Below are positions 11,151 through 21,935 of a stretch of DNA of 64,000 bases, in pieces. The notes under the pieces are model-generated. The model was not told the DNA's origin, made no database searches, and saw only the letters and a program-made list of their open reading frames with translations. Position 1 is the first letter of the stretch; the number at the start of each line of letters is the position of its first letter. Source of the stretch: Pelagomonas calceolata (Eukaryota); the NCBI GenBank assembly GCA_918797485.1, contig CAKKNE010000004.1, positions 1,116,001 to 1,180,000 on the forward strand. The letters run 5' to 3'. Made by a program: the position numbers and the translations under genes.

Positions 11151-11455
11151 GGTTCGTGACGACGCGTCGACGGCGTCGGGCGCGGCGTTTGTCGGTGCAA
11201 GGAGTGTGGGGCTCCCGAGGCGCAGTGGTGACGACCGCGGGCCGGGCAGCCTCGTCGATGCAGGTCAAACCGTTTCGATGCGTGTGCGTCTGCTTGGTCT
11301 GCGGCTGGAGGGCGCCGGAGACGCAACAGGCCTCTGCTGCGTTAAAAAATGATGAGAGGCAGCAGAGCGCTGGAGGCCGCGCCGCGGGCCAATTTGGCCT
11401 CCGATGACTCTGAGGGCGTCCTCGGGAGCGCGGGAGCGGTGCGTCTACCCTCACA

Positions 11456-11479
11456 GCTAGCGGCGTGTAAGACACTAGC
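11456..11479 (-). promoter_or_regulatory. Bipartite motif B (GCTAGTGTCTTACA-N4-GCTAGC), one of about 11 copies
   Basis: GCTAGCGGCGTGTAAGACACTAGC in the divergent promoter region between the LRR gene and SWC4. Confidence 0.55.
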
Positions 11480-11626
11480 CAGCACAAAGCAAGCAGGGCA
11501 AACCAAAGCCTTTGTTGCGCACGCGCGCACGCCTCAAGCACAGAGGCGACATACGCATTTTCTTCTGCGCAGCGCGCCGCCTGTACTCACCAAATTTCAA
11601 GCGCGCGGACGCCGCCGCCGCATAGA

Positions 11627-12793
11627 ATGGCCTCTAAATTAGCGGGAGGCGAAGTAGTACTAGATCACGGCACCTTCAAGGCTAATCAACCACCATTAGC
11701 CCCAAAACGCAAGCTCAAAATAGACCGGAAGAAGTCGGACGTGGAGTGGCAGTGGGCTCCCTTTACCAATCAAGCCCGAGAAGATGGGTTAGTCCTCCAT
11801 CACTGGCAAAAAAAAGGCGTCGAGTTCGCCGAGTACCCCTACGCGCGCTTCAACACGAAGCTGGAACGAGTGACGTACACGGATGATGAATACGAGCGGT
11901 TACTCGCGGACCGGCACTGGACGCGGAGTGATACGGACTACCTCATTAATTTGTGCCATAGACTGGACCTGAGGTGGCCCGTCATCCTCGATCGGTACGC
12001 GCCGGTGCCGCCGCGACCGTTGGAGCAATTACAGAGGCGCTACTACCATTGCGCGCACGCTTTGGCGCGGGATCGCTATCGGAGGTCGCGGGGTGGTCGA
12101 TTAGAAAGCGAGGGCGGCGTGCCGGCCTACGTGGACCAGTCGCAGGCGCTGGGGATTTCGTCGCGGACGCGAGACTTTGATGTGGCCTACGAGGAGAAAC
12201 GGCGTCGCCAAGCCCACGTCGCGTACTGCCGCACGCGGGCCGAGGAGGCCGAAGAAAGACGTTTAAGGGACGAGCTGAAGGCCGTCGAGCTCGAATCGAG
12301 AAGACTGAAGCGACGCGCGCGCGGCCAGCCCGCCGACGAGCCCCCCCGTAGAAGTGGATTGGAGGCCGCGCGCCTGGCGGCGAACGCGATTGCGCCGCCG
12401 AAAAGACCGCAGCCCGGCCAGCCCTACTTGCAATCTTCGAGACTGAAGCCTCCGGAGGGCGCGCAGGGCCTCTCGAAAGGCATGCTCACCAAGTTAGCGT
12501 TGGTGCTGGAAGAGTTAGGTGTACCAGCTAGACCGATTCCCACCAAGTTATCGTGTGACGCGTATGATGCTCTACGTAGAGATATCGTGACACTCCTGTC
12601 GCTGCAGAAGCTGGCCACGTCCAAGGACTTGGAGCTGCGGCAGATGCGCCGTGCTGCGGACGACCAGCACGCGCGGGCGCAGCACGCGGCGCGGGCGGCG
12701 CAGCAACATACGAGAGCTCAAGCGTATGCCGCGCCCAAACGGACGGCGCCGCAAGTTACAAGGGGGCAGGTCCAGAAGCGGGCGCGGCGCTAG
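11627..12793 (+). CDS. SWC4: SWR1/NuA4 subunit SWC4/EAF2/DMAP1
   Basis: WQWAPFTNQAREDGLVLHHW, YPYARFN, SANT-like WTRSDTDYLINLCHRLDLRWPVILDRY. Confidence 0.9.
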   Translation: MASKLAGGEVVLDHGTFKANQPPLAPKRKLKIDRKKSDVEWQWAPFTNQAREDGLVLHHWQKKGVEFAEYPYARFNTKLERVTYTDDEYERLLADRHWTRSDTDYLINLCHRLDLRWPVILDRYAPVPPRPLEQLQRRYYHCAHALARDRYRRSRGGRLESEGGVPAYVDQSQALGISSRTRDFDVAYEEKRRRQAHVAYCRTRAEEAEERRLRDELKAVELESRRLKRRARGQPADEPPRRSGLEAARLAANAIAPPKRPQPGQPYLQSSRLKPPEGAQGLSKGMLTKLALVLEELGVPARPIPTKLSCDAYDALRRDIVTLLSLQKLATSKDLELRQMRRAADDQHARAQHAARAAQQHTRAQAYAAPKRTAPQVTRGQVQKRARR

Positions 12794-12917
12794 GGTAAGG
12801 GCTTTCTTTCCATTTGTCGCGTCGACGGCGTTTTGGGAAGACTCGTCCGTATGCCGTAGAAACCCGCCCACCAGCTAAACTCGAGGAGTGCGGCCTCCAG
12901 GGCTCCGCTGGTCGATG

Positions 12918-12948
12918 TTACGGTGCTAGGACTAGTGGGCGGAGCCCC
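12918..12948 (+). repeat. Dispersed 31-bp motif A with GGGC-GGA-GCCC hairpin
   Basis: TTACGGTGCTAGGACTAGTGGGCGGAGCCCC; identical at 26701, one mismatch at 61298. Confidence 0.85.
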
Positions 12949-13095
12949 TGTCCGCGCGGACGCGTGGGCTAGCTGTGTAAGACACTAGCAAGCCAAAAAG
13001 TGCCTGATGTGCGGTGCACACGACAACTACCGCGCCGACTTCAGTGCCACATCCGGTCATACTCTCTGCCAACCGATCGCTCGCAACAATAACCG

Positions 13096-13620
13096 ATGGG
13101 CAAGAAGAGCCGGCGACAAAAACAGCAAGAACCAAAAGAATTGGGGGAGCGCTGGGACGCGATGGCGTTTTTGATATACGAAGACGGAACGCCAATTAGC
13201 GATGATGACTTTAAACAGTTGAGGGAAGCGAAACGCCAAGCGATGGTTGTGGTGGACACGAGGTGTCGGTACCCGATCGGCAAAGATAATATTACTCACG
13301 ACTGGCTGGATGAATATCAATGGGCGGTCGCGTTCCCTCGCATCCAAACCAAGGGTTTGGACAGTGCGATAAGGGCCTTGAAACGCTGGCCACGCTTGCA
13401 GCCGTATTGGCCGCGCCTCCGGCGCCGCGTCTGCGACCACTGCCACGCGCAGGTCGCCTTGTCTGAGCCGCGGTATCTGGTCTGTGGCGGGTGCGGTGTG
13501 GCGCGCTACTGTTGTGAGGCGTGCCAGCGCGCTGATTGGGAGTGGCACCAGATGTACTGCCCGGACATGGCCCGGCGGCGAAGAATTTATGAGGCGACAA
13601 AATGGGAGCGGGGGTTGTAA
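13096..13620 (+). CDS. MYND zinc-finger protein
   Basis: CDHC...CGGCGVARYCCEACQRADWEWHQMYC. Confidence 0.8.
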   Translation: MGKKSRRQKQQEPKELGERWDAMAFLIYEDGTPISDDDFKQLREAKRQAMVVVDTRCRYPIGKDNITHDWLDEYQWAVAFPRIQTKGLDSAIRALKRWPRLQPYWPRLRRRVCDHCHAQVALSEPRYLVCGGCGVARYCCEACQRADWEWHQMYCPDMARRRRIYEATKWERGL

Positions 13621-13746
13621 GAATTCTGGATAGGAGTAGTAGAAAACCCCCAGCACGCCGTTGCCGCGAGATAAATACATAAGAAATACCTAAGCCCAAG
13701 CACGCCGTCACGGTCGCCGCGAGATAAACTAAAACCCCATTACTCG

Positions 13747-15523
13747 CTAGGGCGCGTCGCTCGCGTCCTCGTCCCCCGTCAGCGCGGGCAGCTCCCCCGA
13801 CGCCGTGATCGTGCAAGCCTTGAGGGGCTTATCTGAATCATCCACGTCAACACTCTCGATGGCCTGCACTATATCGACACCACTCACGACGCGCCCGAAG
13901 ACCACATGCTTCCCGTCGAGATGAGGACATTTGACAGTGGTAATGAAGAACTGCGAGCCGTTCGTATGTCTCCCAGCATTGGCCATGGACAATAGGTAAG
14001 GCTCATTATGCGTATCGATGAACGCCTCGTCATCAAATTTACCGCCGTAGATAGAAGCACCTCCCGTCCCATCACCCTTGGTCACATCTCCCCCTTGGAT
14101 CATGAAATCCTTGATGACCCGATGGAACGAACAGCCCTGGTAATGCAACGACTCGTACCCGTTGCAGATGGCCAGAAAATTGTTCACCGTTTTCGGGACC
14201 GTATCATCGTACAACTCCATGAGAATTCTACCCTTACTGATGCCATCGATGGAAATGTCGAAGAAGGCCCGCTTCAGGCCCTTCTGGTGGTCTACCGGTG
14301 CCAGAGGGTTCGCACCGGGCTTCGCGAGGTCGTAATCCTCATCACTGAGATCGTCGTAGTCATCTATCTTGCGGGGTTCCTTGGGCCTATTACTGGACGC
14401 GAAGCCCTCGAGCTTCGAGAACATGCCGCCATAGGTGTTCTTCAGTTGTTTCTGCTGCGTCTTTTTCGCGGCGACGACGTCTCTCAATGCTCTTTTGGAC
14501 GCTACATTCGTAGCGTCCAGCGCCACCGCTTTCTTCAAGCACGAAATCGCCTCGTCGAAGTCCTTGGTCTTGCCGAGCGCGACGCCTTTGCGGTAGAGGG
14601 CCTTGACGTTGTCCGCATCCTTCTTAAGTACTTTGTCGCACTGCTCGACGCACGACGGCCAGTCCTTCATGGAGGACGCTACTGCTGCCAAATTGCCGTA
14701 GAGTGGTGTCAGCGATGCCTTGACCTGTGTCGAACGACAGCGTACTCGCGCTGCCCGTGGACGCTCTGATGATCACGAAGACGCCATCGACGCGACTTGA
14801 AGTTCAGAAAACCTCAGAAACAGACACTGAGCCACGGACCTCGTCCGACTCGTACTCGCCGAAGTAAACGGCACTTTCATATCTCCTTTTAGCCCGCTGG
14901 AAGTCGCCCTTCTTGAACCAATTATTTCCATTGTCCTTCAGTGATTGGATGTGGGCCAGTCTCTCAGTGTCATCTGCCATCTCGTGCGACACGGGAGCTT
15001 TGTCGAAATCCAACAAAGTTAATCGTACGGTAGAATCCTCATCAGTCGGCAGACCCTCCTCGGCACCCTTCTTCACGACCACATCACAAACTTCCTTTTT
15101 ACGCATGGTCTTCAACACGTCATCAAAAAAACCAATCGGGCTTTGACCCTCATCAATACATAAAGTACAGGTTGTTTCTTCGGTATGAGTCTTCATGTTC
15201 ACACCCGTGCCGGACCAGACCTTGTACGAGACCTCGCACTTGCACAGCTCCTTCGGCGTCTCCCAGCCCTCGCCCGGCGTGACTCGCTGCTTTATCACTG
15301 ATTGATCTTCATATAAATCTCGGGGCTGGTCCCCGTCGGAAGAGTAGCCGCTCGAATCGGTGGACGCGTCGTCGCCGAAGTCCTGGTTGTAGCGCTCGAG
15401 GGCCGCTCGCGCGTCGCCTTCCGCATTATACACGGCTCGCGGTTGCTGGTTCCGCGACGGCGGCAGGGGCTCGGGCTCGGGCTGGTCCTCGAGCTCGGGC
15501 ATCTGGGGGTTCTCGAGGCCCAT
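13747..15523 (-). CDS. Dual immunophilin: FKBP-like domain + TPRs + cyclophilin (FCBP type); one intron at 14725-14839
   Basis: Exon 1: GEGWETP...[11 protein letters not shown]...LTLLDF plus [17 protein letters not shown]. Exon 2: TPRs (NVKALYRKG) and cyclophilin [30 protein letters not shown]. Splice gives ...[17 protein letters not shown]. Confidence 0.85.
14725..14839 (-). other. GT-AG intron containing the introner hairpin module
   Basis: GAG|GTCCGT...GACACAG|GTC restores the frame; contains GTCGCGTCGATGGCGT. Confidence 0.8.
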
Positions 15524-16000
15524 GGCTGCTTTGTTCTTGCGCGGCGGGCTGCAGGCTCTCTGTGCAGATCTCTTGTTGGGCGGCACTAGACGCGCTGTCG
15601 TTGCAGCGATGGTCTTGCGCAGCGCAGCGATGCTCAAGGCTGAGCTTAAATATAGCCTATTCGATCGATGCGAGAGTATGGCCCGCTCTGCGATCGAAAT
15701 CTTGTGGGCGGCCGAAATCTAGTGGGTTATAACTAGCTCCGTGCGCTTTAGATAGCGCTTTTTCTACCATCGGACGGTTCGCTCCGCCTGAGACAACCTT
15801 CTGGTGGGTGGCGCGCGAATATTTGAAATCGTTCGGGCAGCCCCCTGCATGAGATGCCCCAAGAGCTAAATTTGCCGGCTGATTCCGGACCGCGAGGCAC
15901 CCAAGCCATCACAGCGACGACCAAATAAAACGGCGCACCACCGTCGGCAAACTGTCCGCACTGCTGAGCTGCCCAAAGGGCTGCCCACACACGCGCAAGC

Positions 16001-16426
16001 ATGAGGTTCCGCGAGGGCGCGGCCTACCCCTTCCTCTTTGCGGAAGACGACCCCACAGAACCAACGACGAAGGCGCGCATCGACCTGCCGCGCGTGTCCT
16101 CCGACGCCGACCTCGCGCTCAAAAAGCTCGCGGCGGGCCTCGGCGCCTGCGCCGACGCGCAGTCCGAGCTCGTCAAGGGCGGGCGGCGGCGGACCGAGGA
16201 ATCACTCACTGGTGATGAACGAGCGAGACGGCTCTTCCGCGTCGCGGACCCCGATAGCACCGGAAGGTGCGACGCGCACCGCTTCGCGACGCTGGCCGAG
16301 AGCTGCGGCCTTAATCAAGAGGACGCGGCGGCGGCGCTGGAGGCGTGCGGCGGCAGGCCTTTTGTGGAGGAGGACGCATTCATCAAAGCGGTCGGGCCGC
16401 ACGCGGAGAGTAGGCACCATAAGTAA
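16001..16426 (+). CDS. Small EF-hand-like protein
   Basis: LFRVADPDSTGRCDAHRF EF-hand-like loop. Confidence 0.5.
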   Translation: MRFREGAAYPFLFAEDDPTEPTTKARIDLPRVSSDADLALKKLAAGLGACADAQSELVKGGRRRTEESLTGDERARRLFRVADPDSTGRCDAHRFATLAESCGLNQEDAAAALEACGGRPFVEEDAFIKAVGPHAESRHHK

Positions 16427-16462
16427 TGGGTGGTTCAAGTTATCCAGAGGAGGGGAAGGGGA

Positions 16463-17285
16463 TCAGCCGAGGTAGGACTTCCTCGACGACGTGGCCGAGC
16501 GGCTCGAGCCCGAGCCGACGGACGCGGCGGCTAGGGACCGCGTCGACCGGAAGGACATGGCGGACAGGAGCCTTGAGGAGCGCCCGTGCCTCGTCGGCGG
16601 CGTCTTGGGGAGCGTGCGCCGGCGCGCGTTCGTCCCGGGTGCGAAGTCCGGCGGCTCGCCGGCGTCGCCCTCCTTGCGGTCGGCGTACCACTTCACCGCG
16701 TCGATCAGGTCGCCGAAGAGGGGTGCTTGTTCGGTGATGGTCGCGCCGTCCGCGGCCTGGCGGCTCCACTCGAAGGTGCGCGGATACAAGCGCTCGAGCA
16801 GCGGCTCGACGGTGGCGTAGCTCGGCCGCCCCCGCGCCGCCGTGGCGAGGGGCTCGAGGCCCGCGAAGGACCGGCGCTCGCGCAACACCCGAGAAGGCTC
16901 CGGTGGTGTGACGACGTCAGCGGCGCCGTCGCGCGCGCTCTCGAGGCTGCTCAGCGACACGACCTTGCCGTCTCTGTGTCTATTCTCGTACAGTTCGACG
17001 AAGAGACCTGTGTGCGATACAGTCGCGTCGATGGCGTGGGGTGCCTTGATAATACACCCACGTTCGCGTTTGTTCCGGTGGCTGGTACGATCGTCACTGT
17101 CTGTGCAAATGCGTCCGGCGCGACGTACCGGACATCCTTCGGGAGAAGGACTTCCTCCAAGGCGCGGAGCCCCGTGAGCGCTTTTGACGGGATCACGCCT
17201 AGTTTTGAATTCTCGCGGATTGCGCGCCGGCGACAGGCCGCGCGGCGGCGAGGGCCGCCACCAGGATTTGCCAGGCGCGCGCCAT
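16463..17285 (-). CDS. Hypothetical protein with signal-peptide-like start and BspA-like LRR fragment; intron 17008-17057; possibly disrupted
   Basis: MARAWQILVAALAAA at 17285; LGVIPSKALTGLRALEEVLLPKDVRYVAPDAFA lies in another frame; a 50-nt GT-AG intron joins NVG|LFVELY. Confidence 0.4.
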
Positions 17286-17860
17286 GGACGTCCGCTTCCT
17301 TCCGCAATTCCTTTGCCCCGTACTTGCGAGGACGCGACGCCGGGGCGAGGCCTGAGGCCGGGGGTTTCCTTTAGCTTGCAATTTCCAGCCAACGCGTAGG
17401 AATGGCGCCGCGAGAAGCAGATCGCCGAGGAGAACAGCTTTCGAGTCGTCGAGTCGCCCTACGTCGCGGTAGGCGCCGCGGGCAGATAATGGCAGATATA
17501 GGTTTGATGCCTCGGTGTCTTGGCTCGCCCGCGGATTGATCCAGAGGCGTCTATCCGCGAGGAACTACGCTTCTCCTGCCCGCTTGGTACCAATCGCGAC
17601 GTTTCTGGGATTTGGTTTGCTTGCTAGTGTGTTACAGGCCGCTAGCCCGATTATACTCCGGCAAAAAAAACGCGCTGTGGCTCCACGCGCTGGCCGACGC
17701 ATCGCTTGGAAGCTGTAAGCGACGCGTCATAACTCGCTGGAGGCGTGGACAAACGCCCAGTTGCTCGCGCGCCCGCAACCGCTGCATCCCACCCAGCCAG
17801 CGCGTCCGTTTCGGCAGCCGTCGCGCCGCACGCGCCGCCGACGAGCCAGCAGCCGCCGCG

Positions 17861-17916
17861 ACGATAGACGCAAACCAAGGCGTACGAAACGATAGACGAA
17901 AACCAAGGCGTACGAA
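17861..17916 (+). repeat. 28-bp tandem duplication immediately upstream of the kinase ATG
   Basis: ACGATAGACG(C/A)AAACCAAGGCGTACGAA twice. Confidence 0.85.
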
Positions 17917-17922
17917 ACGACG

Positions 17923-19167
17923 ATGGCAGCAAAAAAGCAAGTCGGCAAGTATGAGATCGGCCGCACGTTAGGTGAAGGAACTTTTGGGAAAGTGAAACAT
18001 GCCGTCCACGTGAGCTCAAGGGTCGAAGTCGCCATAAAGGTACTAGACAAGGAACGCATCCAGAAGCAGTCCATGGGCTCGCAGATAAAAAAGGAGATTA
18101 GTATTATGAAACAATTAAGTCACGAAAACGTCGTCAAGCTTAAGGAGGTCCTCGCGTCGCGCACAAAAATATTTATTGTATTGGAGTTAGTTACTGGAGG
18201 GGAATTATTTGATCTCATAGTGCAGCGAGGTAGACTAGATGAAGCGGCATCGAGGATCTACTTCCGACAACTCGTGAGCGGCGTCGCCTACTGCCACTCG
18301 CAGGGCGTCGCGCACCGCGACCTCAAGCCCGAGAACCTGCTGCTGGACTCAGAGGGCACCCTGAAAATCTCGGACTTTGGATTGTCAGCCCTGTACGACG
18401 GCGAAGAGGGTAGTACGCGGTCGCAGATGCTGCACACGACGTGCGGCACGCCGAACTACGTGGCTCCCGAGGTCCTGCAGAATGAAGGATATGTAGGAAG
18501 AATAGCCGACTGCTGGTCCATTGGAGTTATCTTATATGTACTTTTGGCCGGTTTCTTACCTTTTGACGAAGCCACGATGTCCGCTTTATTTGACAAAATA
18601 AAACGGGCAGAATTTGCCTATCCAGCTCATTTCTCCGACGGCGTCAAGGTCTTGATCGATTCGTTGTTGGTCGCGGATCCCCAGAAGCGGGCGACACTCA
18701 CGGACGTCCAAAAGGACCGGTGGTTTTTGGACCAGTCGCTGTCGACTGTGGCTACTGATCAAGTAGTACAGCCGCTGATGCGGAAGAAGTCTTCCTTAAA
18801 AACGTCGAAGTCTACCAGAGTGCAGTCGCTGACGTCGTCGTCGTCCCCGACGCAAGTGGTCGAGGCTTTGCGGAAAGCGCTCGTCGCGTCGGGCGCGACT
18901 TTAGCTGAAGATGCGCCGCCGAAGCCGGAGGAGACGGAGGACGAGACCGATGACGAAGGGCCGGGAACACGGTCCGTCGAGGCGTCGCTGCAGTCGCCGT
19001 CCGGGCTGTTGGCTTTGGTAGCGACGGCGCGGCCCGCCGATAACGGGGCGGCGCTGGATCTGCTGCGAGGCAAGGGCGACATCCTCGCCTTCCAGGCGTG
19101 GCTCCAGGGCGTCCTGGAGGCCGTCCGCGCGGCGGGCGTGACTTTAACGGGGCCGCCGGAGCCCTAG
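17923..19167 (+). CDS. SNF1/CIPK (SnRK3)-like Ser/Thr kinase
   Basis: GKYEIGRTLGEGTFGKVK, HRDLKPENLLLD, DFGLSAL, HTTCGTPNYVAPE. Confidence 0.92.
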   Translation: MAAKKQVGKYEIGRTLGEGTFGKVKHAVHVSSRVEVAIKVLDKERIQKQSMGSQIKKEISIMKQLSHENVVKLKEVLASRTKIFIVLELVTGGELFDLIVQRGRLDEAASRIYFRQLVSGVAYCHSQGVAHRDLKPENLLLDSEGTLKISDFGLSALYDGEEGSTRSQMLHTTCGTPNYVAPEVLQNEGYVGRIADCWSIGVILYVLLAGFLPFDEATMSALFDKIKRAEFAYPAHFSDGVKVLIDSLLVADPQKRATLTDVQKDRWFLDQSLSTVATDQVVQPLMRKKSSLKTSKSTRVQSLTSSSSPTQVVEALRKALVASGATLAEDAPPKPEETEDETDDEGPGTRSVEASLQSPSGLLALVATARPADNGAALDLLRGKGDILAFQAWLQGVLEAVRAAGVTLTGPPEP

Positions 19168-19713
19168 GTTTTGCTTTTTTATCGTCGACGTTCGCTCGGT
19201 AAAGTGTTTATTTTAACAAGCGGCGACGGCGTGTTGGTGGCTGTACATTGCACGGTGCTAGGACTCCACTGGGGCGAACCCTCCCGAACGATGGGCAACG
19301 TTCGCCCGGACGGCGTGTTGGCGGGGTCCACACGCCGTCGCCGCGACGTCTCCAGGTCCAATCCCACTCGGAAGTCGCGCCGGCGGCCGATCTCGGGAGC
19401 GGTCCAGACGCGGCGTGCGGGCGCGGGGAAAACGCGGGAGCCGAATCCGAAGCTCGGCGGCGGCGACCGCCCCGCGGGCGCTCCGAGGACTACTAAACGC
19501 CCCGGCCGACGCGTCTTCGGGCACCGCGGCGATACCCCCCCCTGGCTGCCCGGCTGCCCGGCTGCAGAGAGGATGCAGCCAGGGTGAGATTTCTCGCACC
19601 CACGCGCTCGCGCCCGGCGCCACATACACTTCGGCGCGCACGTTGGCAGCGTCGCCCACGCCTCGGAGGCTGCGAGGGCAGCCGGCCCGGCCGCCCGAGG
19701 GGCTGCGCGCAAA

Positions 19714-21690
19714 ATGAGCTCTAATGCGTCAGATTCCGCTAAAAGACCACAAAGGCGGGCCAAAGCCGCGGCCCTCGAGGCGCTCGAGGCCGAGAAGGCC
19801 GCAGCGTCTCCGGAGGTCAAGCAGGAACGCGCCGAGGGCACGCGCCGGGCGCCCGCGCGGAGGGCGAAGGCCGCGGCGATCGAGGCGCTGGAAGCCAGTG
19901 AGGCGCCCGTGCCGGACCGCGCCGAGGGAACGCGCCGGGCGCCCGCGAGGCGGGCGAAGGCCGCGGCGCTCGAGGCCATCGAGGCCGGCGAGGCGGCCGC
20001 GCCGCCGGCGCCGGCACCCGCGCCGGCCGCGCCGGAACCGGCCGCGCCGGAACCGGCCGCACCGGAGCCGCCCGCGCCGGAACAGACCGTGACCACGCCC
20101 ACGACGGAGCCGCCCGCGCCGATGGACCCCGCGCCGACGGACACCGCGCCGCCGGCGCCCGCGCCGGCCCCCGAGGCGCCGCCGGCCGAAGCAACAGCGC
20201 CGCCGCCGCCCGCTATACCCGACGCGGCGACGGAAGAAGCAAGGCGCCTCGCGGCGGCGCCGACGGCGGCGGCGCTCCGCGAGGCCTACGCGCGCGAGCA
20301 GGCCGCGGCGCGCGGCGAGGCGCCACCAGCGCCCGCCCCGTCGCCGGCCGCCGCGGCGCTGCAGGCGCTGGACGCCCTGGACACGGCGCCGCCGCCGCCG
20401 CCCGCCTCACCAGCAATAGCCGCCATACCCGCAGCCGCCCTACCGGCCCTGGAGCAGCTCAAGACCGACGCACCACCACCGCAAATACGCGTCGGCGGCC
20501 CGCTACGGTTAGATGTGCGCTTAGATGAGGAAGGCCGGCCGCGCTTCGTGCCCCAGTTCGACAACACCGACAAACCGCCCCCAGATCTCTTCGCGCCGCG
20601 GCCGCCGTCGGCCATAGCGCATGCGGCAAAATGCGAGGACGACGATCAATCGATGAGGACGGCCCACGACTGTCTGCGCACGAAGACGGACACGAAGTGG
20701 CGGGCCATGCAGGACGCCTGGCGGACGAGTGTTGTTGCAAAGGTGTTGGCGGCCGGTGGCGCTTATGAAAAAGCTTCGGAGATCCGCGACTCCTGGACCT
20801 TCTCCGTGCAACCTAGCCTGAAGAACTTGCACGGCACGCAGGCGACCTTCGAAGCCTCGGATGGCACTACTGTGTTCAAGAGCGATGATGAAATTTTGAG
20901 ATTTCTGAATTTATATACGCCGCGATACAAATGCCGTCAGCGGGTCCGAGCGAGATATAGAAGAGGACCGACCTACTATGCGGCCACCGTGCAAGCCGTG
21001 CGGGACAACGGCACATATGACGTGGTCTACGAGGACGGGTCGCAGGACGAGTGCCTCGAGGAGGTCTACCTGACGCCGGCGATGCACGGCGTCTCTGAGG
21101 CCCAAACTTTGGCTCCTGGACTATTGTTGAGCGCCCTGTCTCGCGTTACAAGTGATACGAAGCCGGTCAAGCGGTCCCACCACAAGATGGTCACGCGCAT
21201 GGACTACGATGACGACGAGTACCACGAGGACGATGTGAGTGATGATGAGGAACCCATCAAACGGTCTCGAACATCGAAGAGCGTCGACGTCAAGGTCCCG
21301 TCGTCGTGGGCGCCGTCGCCCTGGCTCGCTCGAGCGGACCCCGTGGACATCGCGGCTGCCTTGAGCCAGGTGGCATCCGCAGCTAGACGTAGAAATGCGG
21401 TCCGGCCGCGGCCGCAACCCCCACAGGTGTGTCTGCCGTTTTCTCGGACGAGCGGGTATCCCCGCGCGCCAGAAACCCAAGCTGGGGCGCAAAGACGTGA
21501 CAGAGCGCGTCCTCGGGCGCAGCCCGGCTGCCTCGGTCCGCGCGACGAGCGGGGCCGCTTTCCCTGCCCCGCCGGGTGTGATCGCACTTTCGCGCACGCG
21601 CCCGCGGCCGTCCAGCACGGCAAGCGGTGCCCGCTGCCGCCGGCGTCGCGGCACTTTTCAAGAGGTGACGAGGCGCCGCCGCCCTTCTGA
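19714..21690 (+). CDS. Pro/Ala-rich protein with Tudor-like domain
   Basis: RVRARYRRGPTYYAATVQAVRDNGTYDVVYEDG is Tudor-like; N-terminal RRAKAAALEA repeats x3; possible in-frame intron 21427-21522. Confidence 0.65.
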   Translation: MSSNASDSAKRPQRRAKAAALEALEAEKAAASPEVKQERAEGTRRAPARRAKAAAIEALEASEAPVPDRAEGTRRAPARRAKAAALEAIEAGEAAAPPAPAPAPAAPEPAAPEPAAPEPPAPEQTVTTPTTEPPAPMDPAPTDTAPPAPAPAPEAPPAEATAPPPPAIPDAATEEARRLAAAPTAAALREAYAREQAAARGEAPPAPAPSPAAAALQALDALDTAPPPPPASPAIAAIPAAALPALEQLKTDAPPPQIRVGGPLRLDVRLDEEGRPRFVPQFDNTDKPPPDLFAPRPPSAIAHAAKCEDDDQSMRTAHDCLRTKTDTKWRAMQDAWRTSVVAKVLAAGGAYEKASEIRDSWTFSVQPSLKNLHGTQATFEASDGTTVFKSDDEILRFLNLYTPRYKCRQRVRARYRRGPTYYAATVQAVRDNGTYDVVYEDGSQDECLEEVYLTPAMHGVSEAQTLAPGLLLSALSRVTSDTKPVKRSHHKMVTRMDYDDDEYHEDDVSDDEEPIKRSRTSKSVDVKVPSSWAPSPWLARADPVDIAAALSQVASAARRRNAVRPRPQPPQVCLPFSRTSGYPRAPETQAGAQRRDRARPRAQPGCLGPRDERGRFPCPAGCDRTFAHAPAAVQHGKRCPLPPASRHFSRGDEAPPPF

Positions 21691-21935
21691 GGCGTAATTG
21701 ATTGATCGTTAATACTAGTGCGGCGCGGCGGCCGCGTCGGAATTCGCGTCCGAGTCGGCGGCGTGCGTATCTCCACGTCATCGCCGCGACGGCGTGCGTC
21801 GTGCGCCACCCTGCGAGCGAGGCCTTCTGCCAGTGGGGGCCATTTCTGACGCGCGGTCGCCGTGTAAGACTAGGTAAAGATGGGTCAACATTACGCGCCC
21901 CCAACCGGCGCGGTCGCCTTTTCCCAAAAAATTCC

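Noticed and set aside
13648..13728. Short imperfect duplication (CCCAGCACGCCGT...GCCGCGAGATAAA twice)
   Set aside because: Local duplication between converging 3' ends; no evidence of function
19179..20144. Long antisense ORFs (also 6033-6947, 47943-48800, 22292-23134, 55983-56669 and many others)
   Set aside because: Shadow frames of GC-rich real genes; low complexity and no independent motifs
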